From an uncultured Bacillota bacterium (GTDB lineage Bacteria > Sysuimicrobiota > Sysuimicrobiia > Sysuimicrobiales > Segetimicrobiaceae), in assembly GCA_963804645.1 (NCBI GenBank), contig CAWDRG010000015.1:32001-96000 (forward strand): a DNA stretch of 64,000 nucleotides. The letters are read 5' to 3'. The position numbers and the translations under genes were made by a program. Numbering within the stretch: the first letter of the stretch is position 1; every line of letters begins with the position of its first letter. The notes beneath the pieces were generated by a model, which made no database searches, was not told the origin of the DNA, and was given only the letters and a program-made list of their open reading frames with translations. Positions 49,226 to 58,604 of the stretch are shown in pieces.

Positions 49226-50538
49226 GTGATCTGGAACGCGCCTGCGGAGACGATGCCCCGCGATGAACTCGCGGCCCTCCAACTGGCCCGGCTGCAGGCG
49301 CTCGCGCGGCGCGTCTACGAGCGCGTACCGTTTTACCGCGCGGCGTTCGACCGTGCGGGGGTGCGCCCCGATCAGATCCGGGCCCTCGACGATCTTCGGC
49401 GGCTGCCGACAACGCGGAAGACCGATCTGCGCGACCAGTACCCGTTCGGGCTGTTCGCGGTCCCGATGAACCAGATCGTGCGGCTGCACGCGTCGTCCGG
49501 CACCACCGGCAAGCCCACGGTCGTCGGCTACACGCGCGCCGATCTCGGCGTCTGGGCCGAGGTGTGTGCGCGCGCCCTGGCGGCGAGCGGGGCCCAGCCC
49601 GGCGACGTGTTTCACAACGCCTACGGCTACGGGTTGTTCACCGGCGGTCTCGGCATGCACTACGGCGGGGAGCTGATGGGGCTCGCCGTCGTGCCGGTCT
49701 CGGGCGGCAACACCGAACGGCAGCTGCTGCTGATTCAGGACTTTCGGCCTCGGGTGATCGCCTGCACGCCGTCGTACATGCTGACGCTCGCCGAGGCGGC
49801 GGTCGAGCGGGGGCTGGATCTGGCCTCCCTCTCGCTGCGGTACGCGGTGCTGGGCGCGGAGCCGTGGACCGACGCGATGCGCCGCCAGATTGAGCGGCAG
49901 CTGCCGCTCAAGGCCGTGAACATCTACGGGTTGAGCGAGGTGATCGGCCCCGGGGTCAGCAACGAGTGCGTCGAAGCCCAGGACGGCTCGCACGTCTTTG
50001 AGGATCACTTTCTCGTCGAGGCGCTCGACCCCAAGACGAGCGACCCGGTGGCCCCGGGCGAGCCCGGTGAACTGGTGTTTACGACGCTGACCAAGGAAGC
50101 GCTGCCGCTGATCCGGTACCGGACCGGGGATATCGCGTCGCTGGATCCCGCGCCGTGCCGGTGCGGGCGGACCCACGTGCGCATGTCGCTCGTGATCGGA
50201 CGGACCGACGACATGCTGATCATCCGCGGCGTCAACGTGTTTCCGTCTCAGGTCGAGACGGTGCTGGTGCGGTTCGACGAGCTGTCGCCCCACTACCAGC
50301 TCGTCGTCACACGGCCGCGGACCCTCGACGAACTCGAGGCACGGATCGAGGTGGCGCCGGAGTGGTCCGGCGCCGCGCGGTGAGCGGGCGCGCGGCGACC
50401 GCGCTGCGCGAGCGGGTCGCCTCGCGGCTCCGCGGCGTGCTCGGCATCGGGGTCCACGTGACGCTGGTCGCGCCCGGGCAGCTGCCCCGCAGCGAGGGCG
50501 GCAAGCTGCGCCGGGTGGTCGACGAGCGCCGGCGCTGA
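49226..50538 (+). pseudogene. paaK: phenylacetate--CoA ligase with a frameshift near 50375
   Basis: [50 protein letters not shown]-terminal LPRSEGGKLRRVVDER lies in another frame. Confidence 0.85.
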
Positions 50539-50658
50539 TCGCACCCGCTCCCGGGCGTCCCGCGGAGCGGCCTCACCGGATGGTTCGGGCGACGGACGGC
50601 GGCCCGCCGTCGCCCCGCGGTTGATCCTCGCGGGCCGAGCGACGAAGGGGAGGCGACC

Positions 50659-51327
50659 ATGCCCAAGATCGGTGTGATCCACACGACGCGCGTGTCGGTG
50701 CCGCTCCTGCGCGATGCGTTCGCGCAGGCCGCGCCGGAGATCGAACTGATGGATCTCGTGCACGACGGCCTCTTGACCGAGGTCATGCGCGCCGGCGGGC
50801 TCACGCCCGCGATCGTCCGCGTGCTCTGCCGTCACGTCATGTCGATGGCCGACCTCGGCTGCGACGCCGTGCTGGCGGCGTGCTCCTCGGTGTCCGAGGG
50901 GTTTGATGTCGCGCGCACCCTCGTCCCGATTCCGGTCGTCAAGATCGACGAGGCCATGGCCGACGAAGCGGTGCGATCGGCCGAGCGGATCGCCGTGGTG
51001 GCGACCGTCAAAACCACTCTGGATCCCACGGCCCGTCTCATCCAGCGCAAGGGGGTCGAGCGGAACCGCGCGGTCCGCCTCGATGTCCGGCTCGTGCCCG
51101 GCGCGTTCGACGCGCTCGTCAGCGGCAATGGCGCGCTCCACGATCAGAAGGTGCTCGACGAGGTGCGGGATGCCGCGCGCACGGCGGATCTCGTCGTGCT
51201 CGCGCAGGCCTCGATGTCGCGGCTGCTGCCGGTCCTCGGGCCCGACGTGCGCGTCCCGGTCCTGACCAGCCCGGGGCTGGCCGTGAAGCGCGTGTTGGAC
51301 TCGGTGCGAACGTCCGGCGCGGTCTGA
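50659..51327 (+). CDS. Asp/Glu/hydantoin racemase-superfamily protein (single-Cys type)
   Basis: IGVIHT, ACSS, IDEAMA, VVATVKTTLDPT, VVLAQASM. Confidence 0.82.
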   Translation: MPKIGVIHTTRVSVPLLRDAFAQAAPEIELMDLVHDGLLTEVMRAGGLTPAIVRVLCRHVMSMADLGCDAVLAACSSVSEGFDVARTLVPIPVVKIDEAMADEAVRSAERIAVVATVKTTLDPTARLIQRKGVERNRAVRLDVRLVPGAFDALVSGNGALHDQKVLDEVRDAARTADLVVLAQASMSRLLPVLGPDVRVPVLTSPGLAVKRVLDSVRTSGAV

Positions 51328-51340
51328 CGCCGGCGCCGTC

Positions 51341-52606
51341 GTGGTCCTGCTGGGCTGCATCGCCGACGACTTCACGGGCGCGACGGACCTCGCCGACACG
51401 CTCGCGCGCGGCGGCATGCGAACGGTCCAGCTGATCGAGACGCCGGAGGCGGGACCGGCTCCGGCCGGCGTCGACGCGGTGGTCATCGCGCTGAAGACCC
51501 GCACGGTGCCGGCCGCCGAGGCGGTCGACCGGTCGCTCGGCGCGCTCCGCTGGCTGCGGGACGCGGGCGCGCGCCAGGTCTTTTTCAAGTACTGTTCCAC
51601 GTTTGACTCCACCGACGCCGGCAACATCGGCCCGGTCGCCGACGCGCTGCTCGAGGCGCTCCGGGAGCCGTTCACGGTGGCCTGCCCGGCGTTTCCGGAG
51701 AACGGGCGCACCGTGTACCAGGGCCATTTGTTCGTCGGGGATCAGCTGCTGTCCGACTCGCCGATGCGGCACCACCCGCTGACGCCGATGACCGACAGCA
51801 ACTTGGTTCGGGTGCTGGGGCGGCAGACGCGCCACCGGGTGGGCCTGATCCCGTACGCCACGGTCGCCGCGGGCTCCGGTGCGATTCGCCGGGCGATCGA
51901 CGCGCTGCGCCGCGAGGGGAGCGCCTATGCCATCGTCGACGCCTTGGACGGTGCGGCGTTGGACGCGGTCGGCGAGGCGTGCGCGGACCTGCGGCTCGTG
52001 ACCGGAGGATCCGGCGTCGCGCGGGGACTCCCCCACAACTTTCGCCAGCGGGGCTTGCTGGCCGCCGCCGAGGCCGCGCCCGTCCTCGGGTCCCCGGGGG
52101 GGCGCGCGGCCGTGCTCGCCGGGAGCTGTTCGGCGGCGACGCTCGCCCAAGTGGCGGCGGGGCGCGGCGCGTGGCCGTCGTTCGCCGTCGATCCGATGGC
52201 GCTCGCCTCGGGCGTGGACGTGGCGGCCCAGGCGAGCCGGTGGGCCGAGGTGCACCTGGCGCGGGGACCGATCCTGATCTACTCGACCGCGCCGCCGGAC
52301 GAGGTGGCCCGCGTGCAGGCGGCGCTCGGCCGCGACCGCGCGGGGGCACTCGTCGAGGGCGCGTTCGCGGCGATCGCCGCATCTCTCGTGGATCTCGGCG
52401 TCCGCCGCCTCGTCGTGGCCGGGGGAGAGACCGCCGGCGCCGTCGTCAAGGCCCTCGGGATCCATGCGCTGCGCATCGGGCCGCCGATCGAGCCCGGCGT
52501 TCCGTGGACGCTGAGCGTCGAGATCCCTCCGATCGCCCTGGCGCTGAAGTCCGGGAACTTTGGGACGCCCGAGTTCTTCTCGCGGGCCCTGGAGATGATG
52601 CGATGA
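51341..52606 (+). CDS. otnK: 3-oxo-tetronate kinase (DUF1537 family)
   Basis: GCIADDFTGATD, FKYCSTFDST..GNIGP, HPLTPMTDSNL, AGGETAG, LKSGNFG. Confidence 0.9.
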   Translation: MVLLGCIADDFTGATDLADTLARGGMRTVQLIETPEAGPAPAGVDAVVIALKTRTVPAAEAVDRSLGALRWLRDAGARQVFFKYCSTFDSTDAGNIGPVADALLEALREPFTVACPAFPENGRTVYQGHLFVGDQLLSDSPMRHHPLTPMTDSNLVRVLGRQTRHRVGLIPYATVAAGSGAIRRAIDALRREGSAYAIVDALDGAALDAVGEACADLRLVTGGSGVARGLPHNFRQRGLLAAAEAAPVLGSPGGRAAVLAGSCSAATLAQVAAGRGAWPSFAVDPMALASGVDVAAQASRWAEVHLARGPILIYSTAPPDEVARVQAALGRDRAGALVEGAFAAIAASLVDLGVRRLVVAGGETAGAVVKALGIHALRIGPPIEPGVPWTLSVEIPPIALALKSGNFGTPEFFSRALEMMR

Positions 52607-53238
52607 ACGAGCACGCGGCACGGGAGCATCTCGCGCGGCTTGGCGCCGCGCTGTACGCCCGCGGATTGGCGCCCGGAAGCTCCGGCAATCTGAGCGTCCG
52701 GATCGGCGACGGGTACCTCGTGACCCCCACCAACTCGTGTCTCGGCCGGCTCGACCCCGCCGCGATCTCCAAGCTCGACGCCGGGGGGCGCCCGGTCTCC
52801 GGCGATCCCCCCTCGAAAGAGGCCGTGCTGCACCTGTCGGTGTACGGCGTGCGTCCGTCGAGCGGCGCCGTGGTCCACCTCCACAGCCCGTATGCGGTCG
52901 CGCTGTCCTGCCTCGCCGACGTGGATCCCGCCGACGTGCTGCCGGCGATCACCCCGTACTACGTGATGCGCGTCGGCACGCTCCCGCTCGTCCCGTACCA
53001 CCGGCCGGGCGACCGCGCGCTCGCGGACGCCGTGGGATCGGTGATGGGGACGCACAGCGCGGCGCTCCTCGCGAACCACGGCTCGGTCGTCGCCGGCGCG
53101 TCGCTGGACGAGGCCGTGTACGCGGCGGAGGAACTCGAGGAGACCGCGAAGTTGTTCTTCGTGCTGCGCGGGTGCGCCACGCGATACCTGACCGCCGGCC
53201 AGATCGCCGAGCTGCATCGGACGTTTCCGAGGGTGTGA
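52603..53238 (+). CDS. otnC: 3-oxo-tetronate 4-phosphate decarboxylase (class II aldolase family)
   Basis: GSSGNLS, PSKE..LH, VVHLHS, TPYYVMRVG, LANHG, EELEETAKL; ATG overlaps the otnK stop. Confidence 0.88.
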   Translation: MNEHAAREHLARLGAALYARGLAPGSSGNLSVRIGDGYLVTPTNSCLGRLDPAAISKLDAGGRPVSGDPPSKEAVLHLSVYGVRPSSGAVVHLHSPYAVALSCLADVDPADVLPAITPYYVMRVGTLPLVPYHRPGDRALADAVGSVMGTHSAALLANHGSVVAGASLDEAVYAAEELEETAKLFFVLRGCATRYLTAGQIAELHRTFPRV

Positions 53239-53257
53239 GGGGAGGGACGGGGACTGT

Positions 53258-54499
53258 ATGAACATGGCGGGACCTGCGACCGTGTTCCGGTGCGGCGCGC
53301 TGCTGGACGGCGTCGCCCCGCTTCAGCGCGACGTCGCCGTCACGGTCGCGGAGGGGCGGATCACCGAGGTCGGCCCGTGGCATCAAGCCCGGCGTTCGGG
53401 CGCGTCCGTCGTGGACGCGGGTCCGCTGACCGTGATGCCGGGGCTGTTCGACTGTCACGACCACCTGGCGACCCCGCCGCGCAGCCTCGTGGAGCGCAGC
53501 GCGACGCCGCCGTCGCTGCACGTGCTCCGCGTGGCGGAGACCATGCGCGGCATGCTGCAGGCGGGATTCACGACGGTCCGCGATCTCGGAGGGCTCGACC
53601 TGGGTCTCAAGATGGCGGTGGAGGATGGCGTGTTGGCGGGCCCGCGCGTGCTCATTTGCCTGGCAATCCTCACGCAGACGGCCGGGCTGTCCGATTATAC
53701 GAACGCCGTCGGATTCCATACGGAGCTCCTGCGGCTGCCCGGGACCCCCGACGGTGTCTGCGACGGGGTGGATCAACTGCGGGTGACGACCCGGCGGTTG
53801 ATCCGCGGCGGCGCGGACTTCATTAAGATCGCGACCACCGGCGGGATCAGCTCACGAATCAGCGGGGTGCTGACGCGGGAGTTTACGTTCGAGGAGGTTC
53901 GGGCCGTCGTGGACGAGGCGCGCGCGTTCGGCCGGCCCGTCGCGGCGCACGCGTACGGCGGCGAAGGTCTCAAGAACGCGCTGCGCGCCGGGGTCCACTC
54001 GGTGGAGCATCTCGGGCCGCTTGACGACGAGGACATCGCGATGATGGTGCGGCAGGGCACCTATCTCGTCCCGACCCTGCTCAATATGCGGGTGCGCCTC
54101 GAGATGGCGGCCGAGCCAGGGGCGCTGTCCCCGTACAACATCCAAAAAGCCGCGGAGATCGCGCCGCTGCAGAAGGAGGCGTTTGCCCGCGCGCACCGTG
54201 CCGGGGTCCGCATCGCGGCCGGCACGGACTCGCGGGGGTTGCGCCAGGGCGGGAACGCGCGAGAGTTGAGCCTGCTCGTGGAGTACGGGATGAGCCCCGC
54301 GCAGGCGATTGCCGCGGCGACCTCGGTCGCGGCGGGGTGCTGCAATGTCCCCGACACGGGGACGCTCCGGCCGGGCATGCGCGCGGATCTCATCGCGGTC
54401 GACGGCAATCCGCTGGACGACGTGGGCGTGCTGCAGGACGCGGACCGGATTCGGTTCGTGATGCGCGACGGCCGCGCGTACAAGAACCACACGGGGTGA
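53258..54499 (+). CDS. metal-dependent amidohydrolase (prolidase-like subgroup)
   Basis: PGLFDCHDH, GFTTVRDLG, DFIK, AAHA, SVEH, AGTD, ADLIAVDGNP. Confidence 0.9.
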   Translation: MNMAGPATVFRCGALLDGVAPLQRDVAVTVAEGRITEVGPWHQARRSGASVVDAGPLTVMPGLFDCHDHLATPPRSLVERSATPPSLHVLRVAETMRGMLQAGFTTVRDLGGLDLGLKMAVEDGVLAGPRVLICLAILTQTAGLSDYTNAVGFHTELLRLPGTPDGVCDGVDQLRVTTRRLIRGGADFIKIATTGGISSRISGVLTREFTFEEVRAVVDEARAFGRPVAAHAYGGEGLKNALRAGVHSVEHLGPLDDEDIAMMVRQGTYLVPTLLNMRVRLEMAAEPGALSPYNIQKAAEIAPLQKEAFARAHRAGVRIAAGTDSRGLRQGGNARELSLLVEYGMSPAQAIAAATSVAAGCCNVPDTGTLRPGMRADLIAVDGNPLDDVGVLQDADRIRFVMRDGRAYKNHTG

Positions 54500-54513
54500 G
54501 GAGGCGTACGGTC

Positions 54514-55323
54514 ATGGCGGGCGAGTTTTCGGGAAAGGTCGTCATTGTCTCGGGCGGGGCGCAGGGGCTCTGCAGCGTCATCCTGCGGCGGTTCGCGCAG
54601 GACGGGGCGCGTGCCGTCATCGCCGACATCGATCAGGAACGGGCCGAGGCCGGCGTGCGGGAGTTGGCCGCACGCGGGCTCGACGCGCGCTTCATCCGGA
54701 CGGATGTGCGCGAGAGTGCCCAGGTGGACGCGATGGTCGCCCGCGTCGTGGACGAGTGCGGGCGGGTCGACATCCTCGTCCACGGCGCCGGCGTGGGCGT
54801 GCACAAGGAGATCGTGGATCTCTCGGACGACGAGTGGGATCTGCAGATCGACGTGCAGCTGCGCGGCGCGTTTCTCTTGAGCCGCGCGGTCGGGCGCCGG
54901 CTGATCGCGCAGCAGCAGGGCGGCCGCATCATTCTGATCGGCTCCACCTCCGGGAACAACGCGCGCGTCCGGGGCGGCCCCCACGCGGCGTCGAAGGCCG
55001 GCGAGATCCAGCTGGCCCACGTGCTGGCGATGGAGATGGGGCGTCACGGGGTCACGGTCAACGTGGTGTCCCCGGGGCTGACCAACATCGCGGGGATCTC
55101 GCGGTCGGTGCAGACGCCGGAGTATCAGCGCGCGTTCATCGCGCAGGTGCCGCTCGGCCGACTCGCGGTCCCCGACGAGATCGCGGACGCGGTGCTGTTT
55201 TTCGCGTCCGACCGGGCGCGGTTTGTCACCGGGCAGGTGCTGTGCGTGGACGGCGGATACTCTGCCGGGAAGCTGGCGGTGCAGGGGCCGAGCGTGGACG
55301 CCTACTACGGGCAGGTACGGTAG
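54514..55323 (+). CDS. short-chain dehydrogenase/reductase, atypical active site
   Basis: SGGAQGL, VDILVHGAG, GS, HAASK, VNVVSPG, TGQVLCVDGG. Confidence 0.88.
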   Translation: MAGEFSGKVVIVSGGAQGLCSVILRRFAQDGARAVIADIDQERAEAGVRELAARGLDARFIRTDVRESAQVDAMVARVVDECGRVDILVHGAGVGVHKEIVDLSDDEWDLQIDVQLRGAFLLSRAVGRRLIAQQQGGRIILIGSTSGNNARVRGGPHAASKAGEIQLAHVLAMEMGRHGVTVNVVSPGLTNIAGISRSVQTPEYQRAFIAQVPLGRLAVPDEIADAVLFFASDRARFVTGQVLCVDGGYSAGKLAVQGPSVDAYYGQVR

Positions 55324-55389
55324 CCCCGGTGGCCGGAGCAGCCCACGGTCGCGGATGGCGCAGATCTTGACGTGCTGGGCATCATCGCG

Positions 55390-55752
55390 CTAGGACACGA
55401 TACGCACACGCACGAGACAACCGGCGTGTCTGCCCAGGTAGATGTCCATGCCGCCGTCCGTATACGCCCAGGCAAGACGCGCGTACACGGCGTTGGTGAC
55501 GATCCAGGTGTTGTGATTCAACGTGGCACGAAATGGCAGACGGGGGATCGCCGATCGTTGCCCAAAATGTTGCATGAGATCTTGGCCGTACGTGCGATGC
55601 AGAAACCCGCTGGCCAGCTGGAGGGCCGTCGCTTCGTCCGGCACGTCGGGATGACACATGATGTGAGGGGCACCCGCGGTATGCCACAGGGCCGACAGCA
55701 GGAGCACGCCAATCGTCGACGTGACCGCCGCGACTCGTCTGAGCGTCGTCAT
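55390..55752 (-). CDS. tandem paralog C, putative NTF2-fold immunity-like protein
   Basis: N-terminal hydrophobic helix; CHPDVPDEATALQLA..YG..PFRATL..WIV..GG..IY.G.HAGC. Confidence 0.7.
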   Translation of the reverse strand: MTTLRRVAAVTSTIGVLLLSALWHTAGAPHIMCHPDVPDEATALQLASGFLHRTYGQDLMQHFGQRSAIPRLPFRATLNHNTWIVTNAVYARLAWAYTDGGMDIYLGRHAGCLVRVRIVS

Positions 55753-55869
55753 CGACGCGGGCCCGCATCGCGGGCGCTGGGACGTCTGTTGCGGCTCACG
55801 CCGGGTCCTGCGCCTCGTGGCCGACCGACCCACGTGTCCCCCACGCGGGGGCAGCCATCTTCTGAGACG

Positions 55870-56307
55870 TCACCCCACCACGTGGGTCCGAACGGTGCAC
55901 CCGGCGTGTTTGCCCACGTAAATCTCGATGCCCCCGTCTGAATAGGGCCACTGGGCCCGTGAATACACGGCGTTCGTCACAATCCATGCATCAGGATACA
56001 AGACGGCATCCATGCGCGCTCTATAGCTCGCCGCCGCCGGGGTGTCCCACGCCGCCGCGGTTCCCACTCGAAACGGGAGGTGCGGCACCGCCGATGTGGC
56101 GCCGAAATGTTGGGTGAGATCGTCTCCGTACTCTTGATGAAGGAAATTCGTGGCAAATTGGAGTGCGGCAGGCTCGTCTGGCAGGTCGGGGTGACACATG
56201 ACGTAGCTGTCCCACGTCTGGCTCCCCGTGGACACCCACGGGGCTGACAGCAGCAGTACTCCAACCACAGCCGAAATGAGAGCGATTTTCAGACCAACCG
56301 TGCTCAT
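55870..56307 (-). CDS. tandem paralog B, putative NTF2-fold immunity-like protein
   Basis: SD GGGAGG; same conserved blocks as its neighbours. Confidence 0.75.
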   Translation of the reverse strand: MSTVGLKIALISAVVGVLLLSAPWVSTGSQTWDSYVMCHPDLPDEPAALQFATNFLHQEYGDDLTQHFGATSAVPHLPFRVGTAAAWDTPAAASYRARMDAVLYPDAWIVTNAVYSRAQWPYSDGGIEIYVGKHAGCTVRTHVVG

Positions 56308-56345
56308 GTCAGCCTCCCAGCCCGCCGACAGGGCCTTTCAAGACA

Positions 56346-56753
56346 TCAGCCCACTACATGCGTTCGGACGACGCATCCGGCGTGTTTCCCCACGTAAATC
56401 TCGATGCCCCCGTCTGAAGCAACCCACTGGCGCCGGTCATACACCGCATTCGTGACAATCCACGTGTCGGGATAGTTGGCATCCATGAGGGTGTGACCGC
56501 TTGCCGCCGCCGGGGAGTCCCACGGCGCCGCGGTCCCCACTCGAAGGGCGCCGAAGCGGGAGAGATCGTTGCCGTACTCTTGACGAAGAAAACTCGTGGC
56601 GAACTGCAGTGCCGCGGCCTGGTCGGGCAGGTCAGGATGACACGTGACGAAGCTGTCCCACGACTGGCTGGCCGTGGACATCCACGGGGCTGAGAGCAGC
56701 AAGACGCCAAGGACAAGCGAGAGGGTGGCGACGTTCCAGTATCGCGTACTCAC
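56346..56753 (-). CDS. tandem paralog A, putative NTF2-fold immunity-like protein
   Basis: GTG 56753 with SD GGGAGG; same conserved blocks. Confidence 0.75.
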   Translation of the reverse strand: MSTRYWNVATLSLVLGVLLLSAPWMSTASQSWDSFVTCHPDLPDQAAALQFATSFLRQEYGNDLSRFGALRVGTAAPWDSPAAASGHTLMDANYPDTWIVTNAVYDRRQWVASDGGIEIYVGKHAGCVVRTHVVG

Positions 56754-56886
56754 GGACGCCTCCCGGTCGATCGGCGTGCGCACCCGCGCGGGGTGGGGCG
56801 TACCAGCCGTAATTCGTGTGCGTGGCGTGCGATCCTGCTAGTGCCCCGCGTCGCACGCGAGGACGGACCACGATCTCTGGCCGGAG

Positions 56887-58125
56887 CTAGTTCGGCTGTC
56901 CGAACACGAGGCACGCGTTGATGCCCCCAAACCCGAATGAGTTGCTGAGTACGTAGCGCGGCGAGAGCTCGCGTCCCGTCCCGGGGACGTAGTCGAGGTC
57001 GCACGCCGGGTCCGCCTCCTCGAGATTCAGCGTCGGCGGGATGTACCCGTGCCGCAGCGCGAGCAGGCACACCGCGGCTTCGATCGCGCCGCTGGCTCCC
57101 AGGGAGTGGCCGTGCATCGGCTTCGTGCCGCTGACGGGGATCGCGCGGGCGCGTTCACCGAACACGAGCTTGATCGCGAGCGTCTCCGTGACGTCGTTGA
57201 GCGGCGTGCTGCTCGCGTGGGCGTTCACGTAGTCGATCTGCTCGGGTCCGATCGAGGCCTCCACGAGCGCGCCGCGCATCGCGCGCGCCGCCTGGGTGCC
57301 CGACGGAAGCGGCGCCGTCATGTGGTGGGCGTCGTTCGAGTTGCCGTACCCGAGCACGGTGCCGTACGGCCGCGCCCCGCGCCGCCGCGCATGCTCGCGC
57401 TCCTCCAGGACGAGGATCGCCGCACCCTCGGCCATCACGAATCCGTCGCGGCCGCGGTCAAACGGCCGGCAGGCGCGGGCCGGCGCGTCGTTCCGCGTGG
57501 ACATCGCGCGGATGATGTCGAACGCGCCAAATGTGAGCGGGCCGAGCGGCGCTTCCACGCCGCCCGCCAGCATGACGTCGGCGTAGCCGTCCCGCACCGC
57601 CCGAAACGCGTTGCCGATCGCGATCGTCCCGCTCGAGCAGCTGTCGGAGTTGGCGCTGCTCGGCCCGCGGAGGTCGTGCTCGATCGCGATGTTGCAGGAG
57701 GCCGCGCCGCAGAATACCGAGAGCGCGAGGCTCGGCTTGATCCGGCGGACGCCCTGCGCGAGGAACACGCGGTGCTGTTCCTCCGCGAACGTCGCCCCGC
57801 CGAGCGCCGAGCCGACGAAGCACCCCGCGGCGTCGCGATTCTCGTCGGCGAGGTCGAGCCGGGCGTCGTCCAGCGCCATCCGGGCGCACGCAATGGCGAA
57901 CTGCGAATACCGGTCGAGCCGCCGCAGGCGCTTGGCGTCGGCGTACGCGGAGGGGTCGAAGTCGCGCACCTCGCCGGCGACGCGGCTGTTGAACGGGGTC
58001 GCGTCGAAGCGCGTGATGAGGTCGATCGCCGATCGCTCCCGCCGGAGCCCATCGTACAGGCCGGCGCTGCCGAGTCCGATCGGGGTCACCGCGCCGATGC
58101 CGCTGACGACGACCTCACGCCTCAT
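56887..58125 (-). CDS. beta-ketoacyl synthase (FabF-like)
   Basis: VVVSGIG, DSCSSG (catalytic Cys), RPFDRGRDGFVMAEG, NAHASST, HGHSLGA, SNSFGFGG. Confidence 0.92.
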   Translation of the reverse strand: MRREVVVSGIGAVTPIGLGSAGLYDGLRRERSAIDLITRFDATPFNSRVAGEVRDFDPSAYADAKRLRRLDRYSQFAIACARMALDDARLDLADENRDAAGCFVGSALGGATFAEEQHRVFLAQGVRRIKPSLALSVFCGAASCNIAIEHDLRGPSSANSDSCSSGTIAIGNAFRAVRDGYADVMLAGGVEAPLGPLTFGAFDIIRAMSTRNDAPARACRPFDRGRDGFVMAEGAAILVLEEREHARRRGARPYGTVLGYGNSNDAHHMTAPLPSGTQAARAMRGALVEASIGPEQIDYVNAHASSTPLNDVTETLAIKLVFGERARAIPVSGTKPMHGHSLGASGAIEAAVCLLALRHGYIPPTLNLEEADPACDLDYVPGTGRELSPRYVLSNSFGFGGINACLVFGQPN

Positions 58126-58603
58126 CTCGCACCTCCAGGGATGCGGCGCGGTCTGGCCGGCCGGCGGCCTCCACGAGCCGCTTGAACCGGCCGAGCGTGC
58201 GCGCCGCGATCGGCTCCACGAACATCGGGCCGATGATCCAGCGCGCCACCGGGGCGCCGACGAATGGCCACGGGAGCGTCAGATCGTGCACGATCGTGAC
58301 CCGCACCTCGCCGGATGGGTCGGGCTCCAGCCGCCATTCGACTTCCATCCCGCGGGTGACGCCGCGCACGTGCGTGAACTGGATTCGGCGCTCCGCCGGC
58401 AGGACCCGCTGGCGTGCCCACCACCAGACCGGCACCCAGCCGCGGCGGGCCTTCATCTCGACCGTCCGCTCGGACCCGTGCGAGTCGAGGATGCGGACGC
58501 TTCGGTAATGCGGGAGCCACTCGGGCCAGCGCTCTACCTGCGCGGCGTAGGTGAAGATCGCGGCGGCGTCCCCGCGGATCCGCACCGTCGTCTCCGTGTG
58601 CAT
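58115..58603 (-). CDS. SRPBCC/START polyketide cyclase-aromatase family protein
   Basis: IFTYAAQVERWPEWLPHY, IQFTHVRG..GMEVEWRL, C-terminal helix TLGRFKRLVE. Confidence 0.85.
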   Translation of the reverse strand: MHTETTVRIRGDAAAIFTYAAQVERWPEWLPHYRSVRILDSHGSERTVEMKARRGWVPVWWWARQRVLPAERRIQFTHVRGVTRGMEVEWRLEPDPSGEVRVTIVHDLTLPWPFVGAPVARWIIGPMFVEPIAARTLGRFKRLVEAAGRPDRAASLEVRDEA

Positions 58604-58604
58604 C

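Noticed and set aside
50381..50383. Selenocysteine or readthrough at the paaK TGA
   Set aside because: The conserved C-terminus lies in a different frame, so this is a frameshift rather than in-frame recoding
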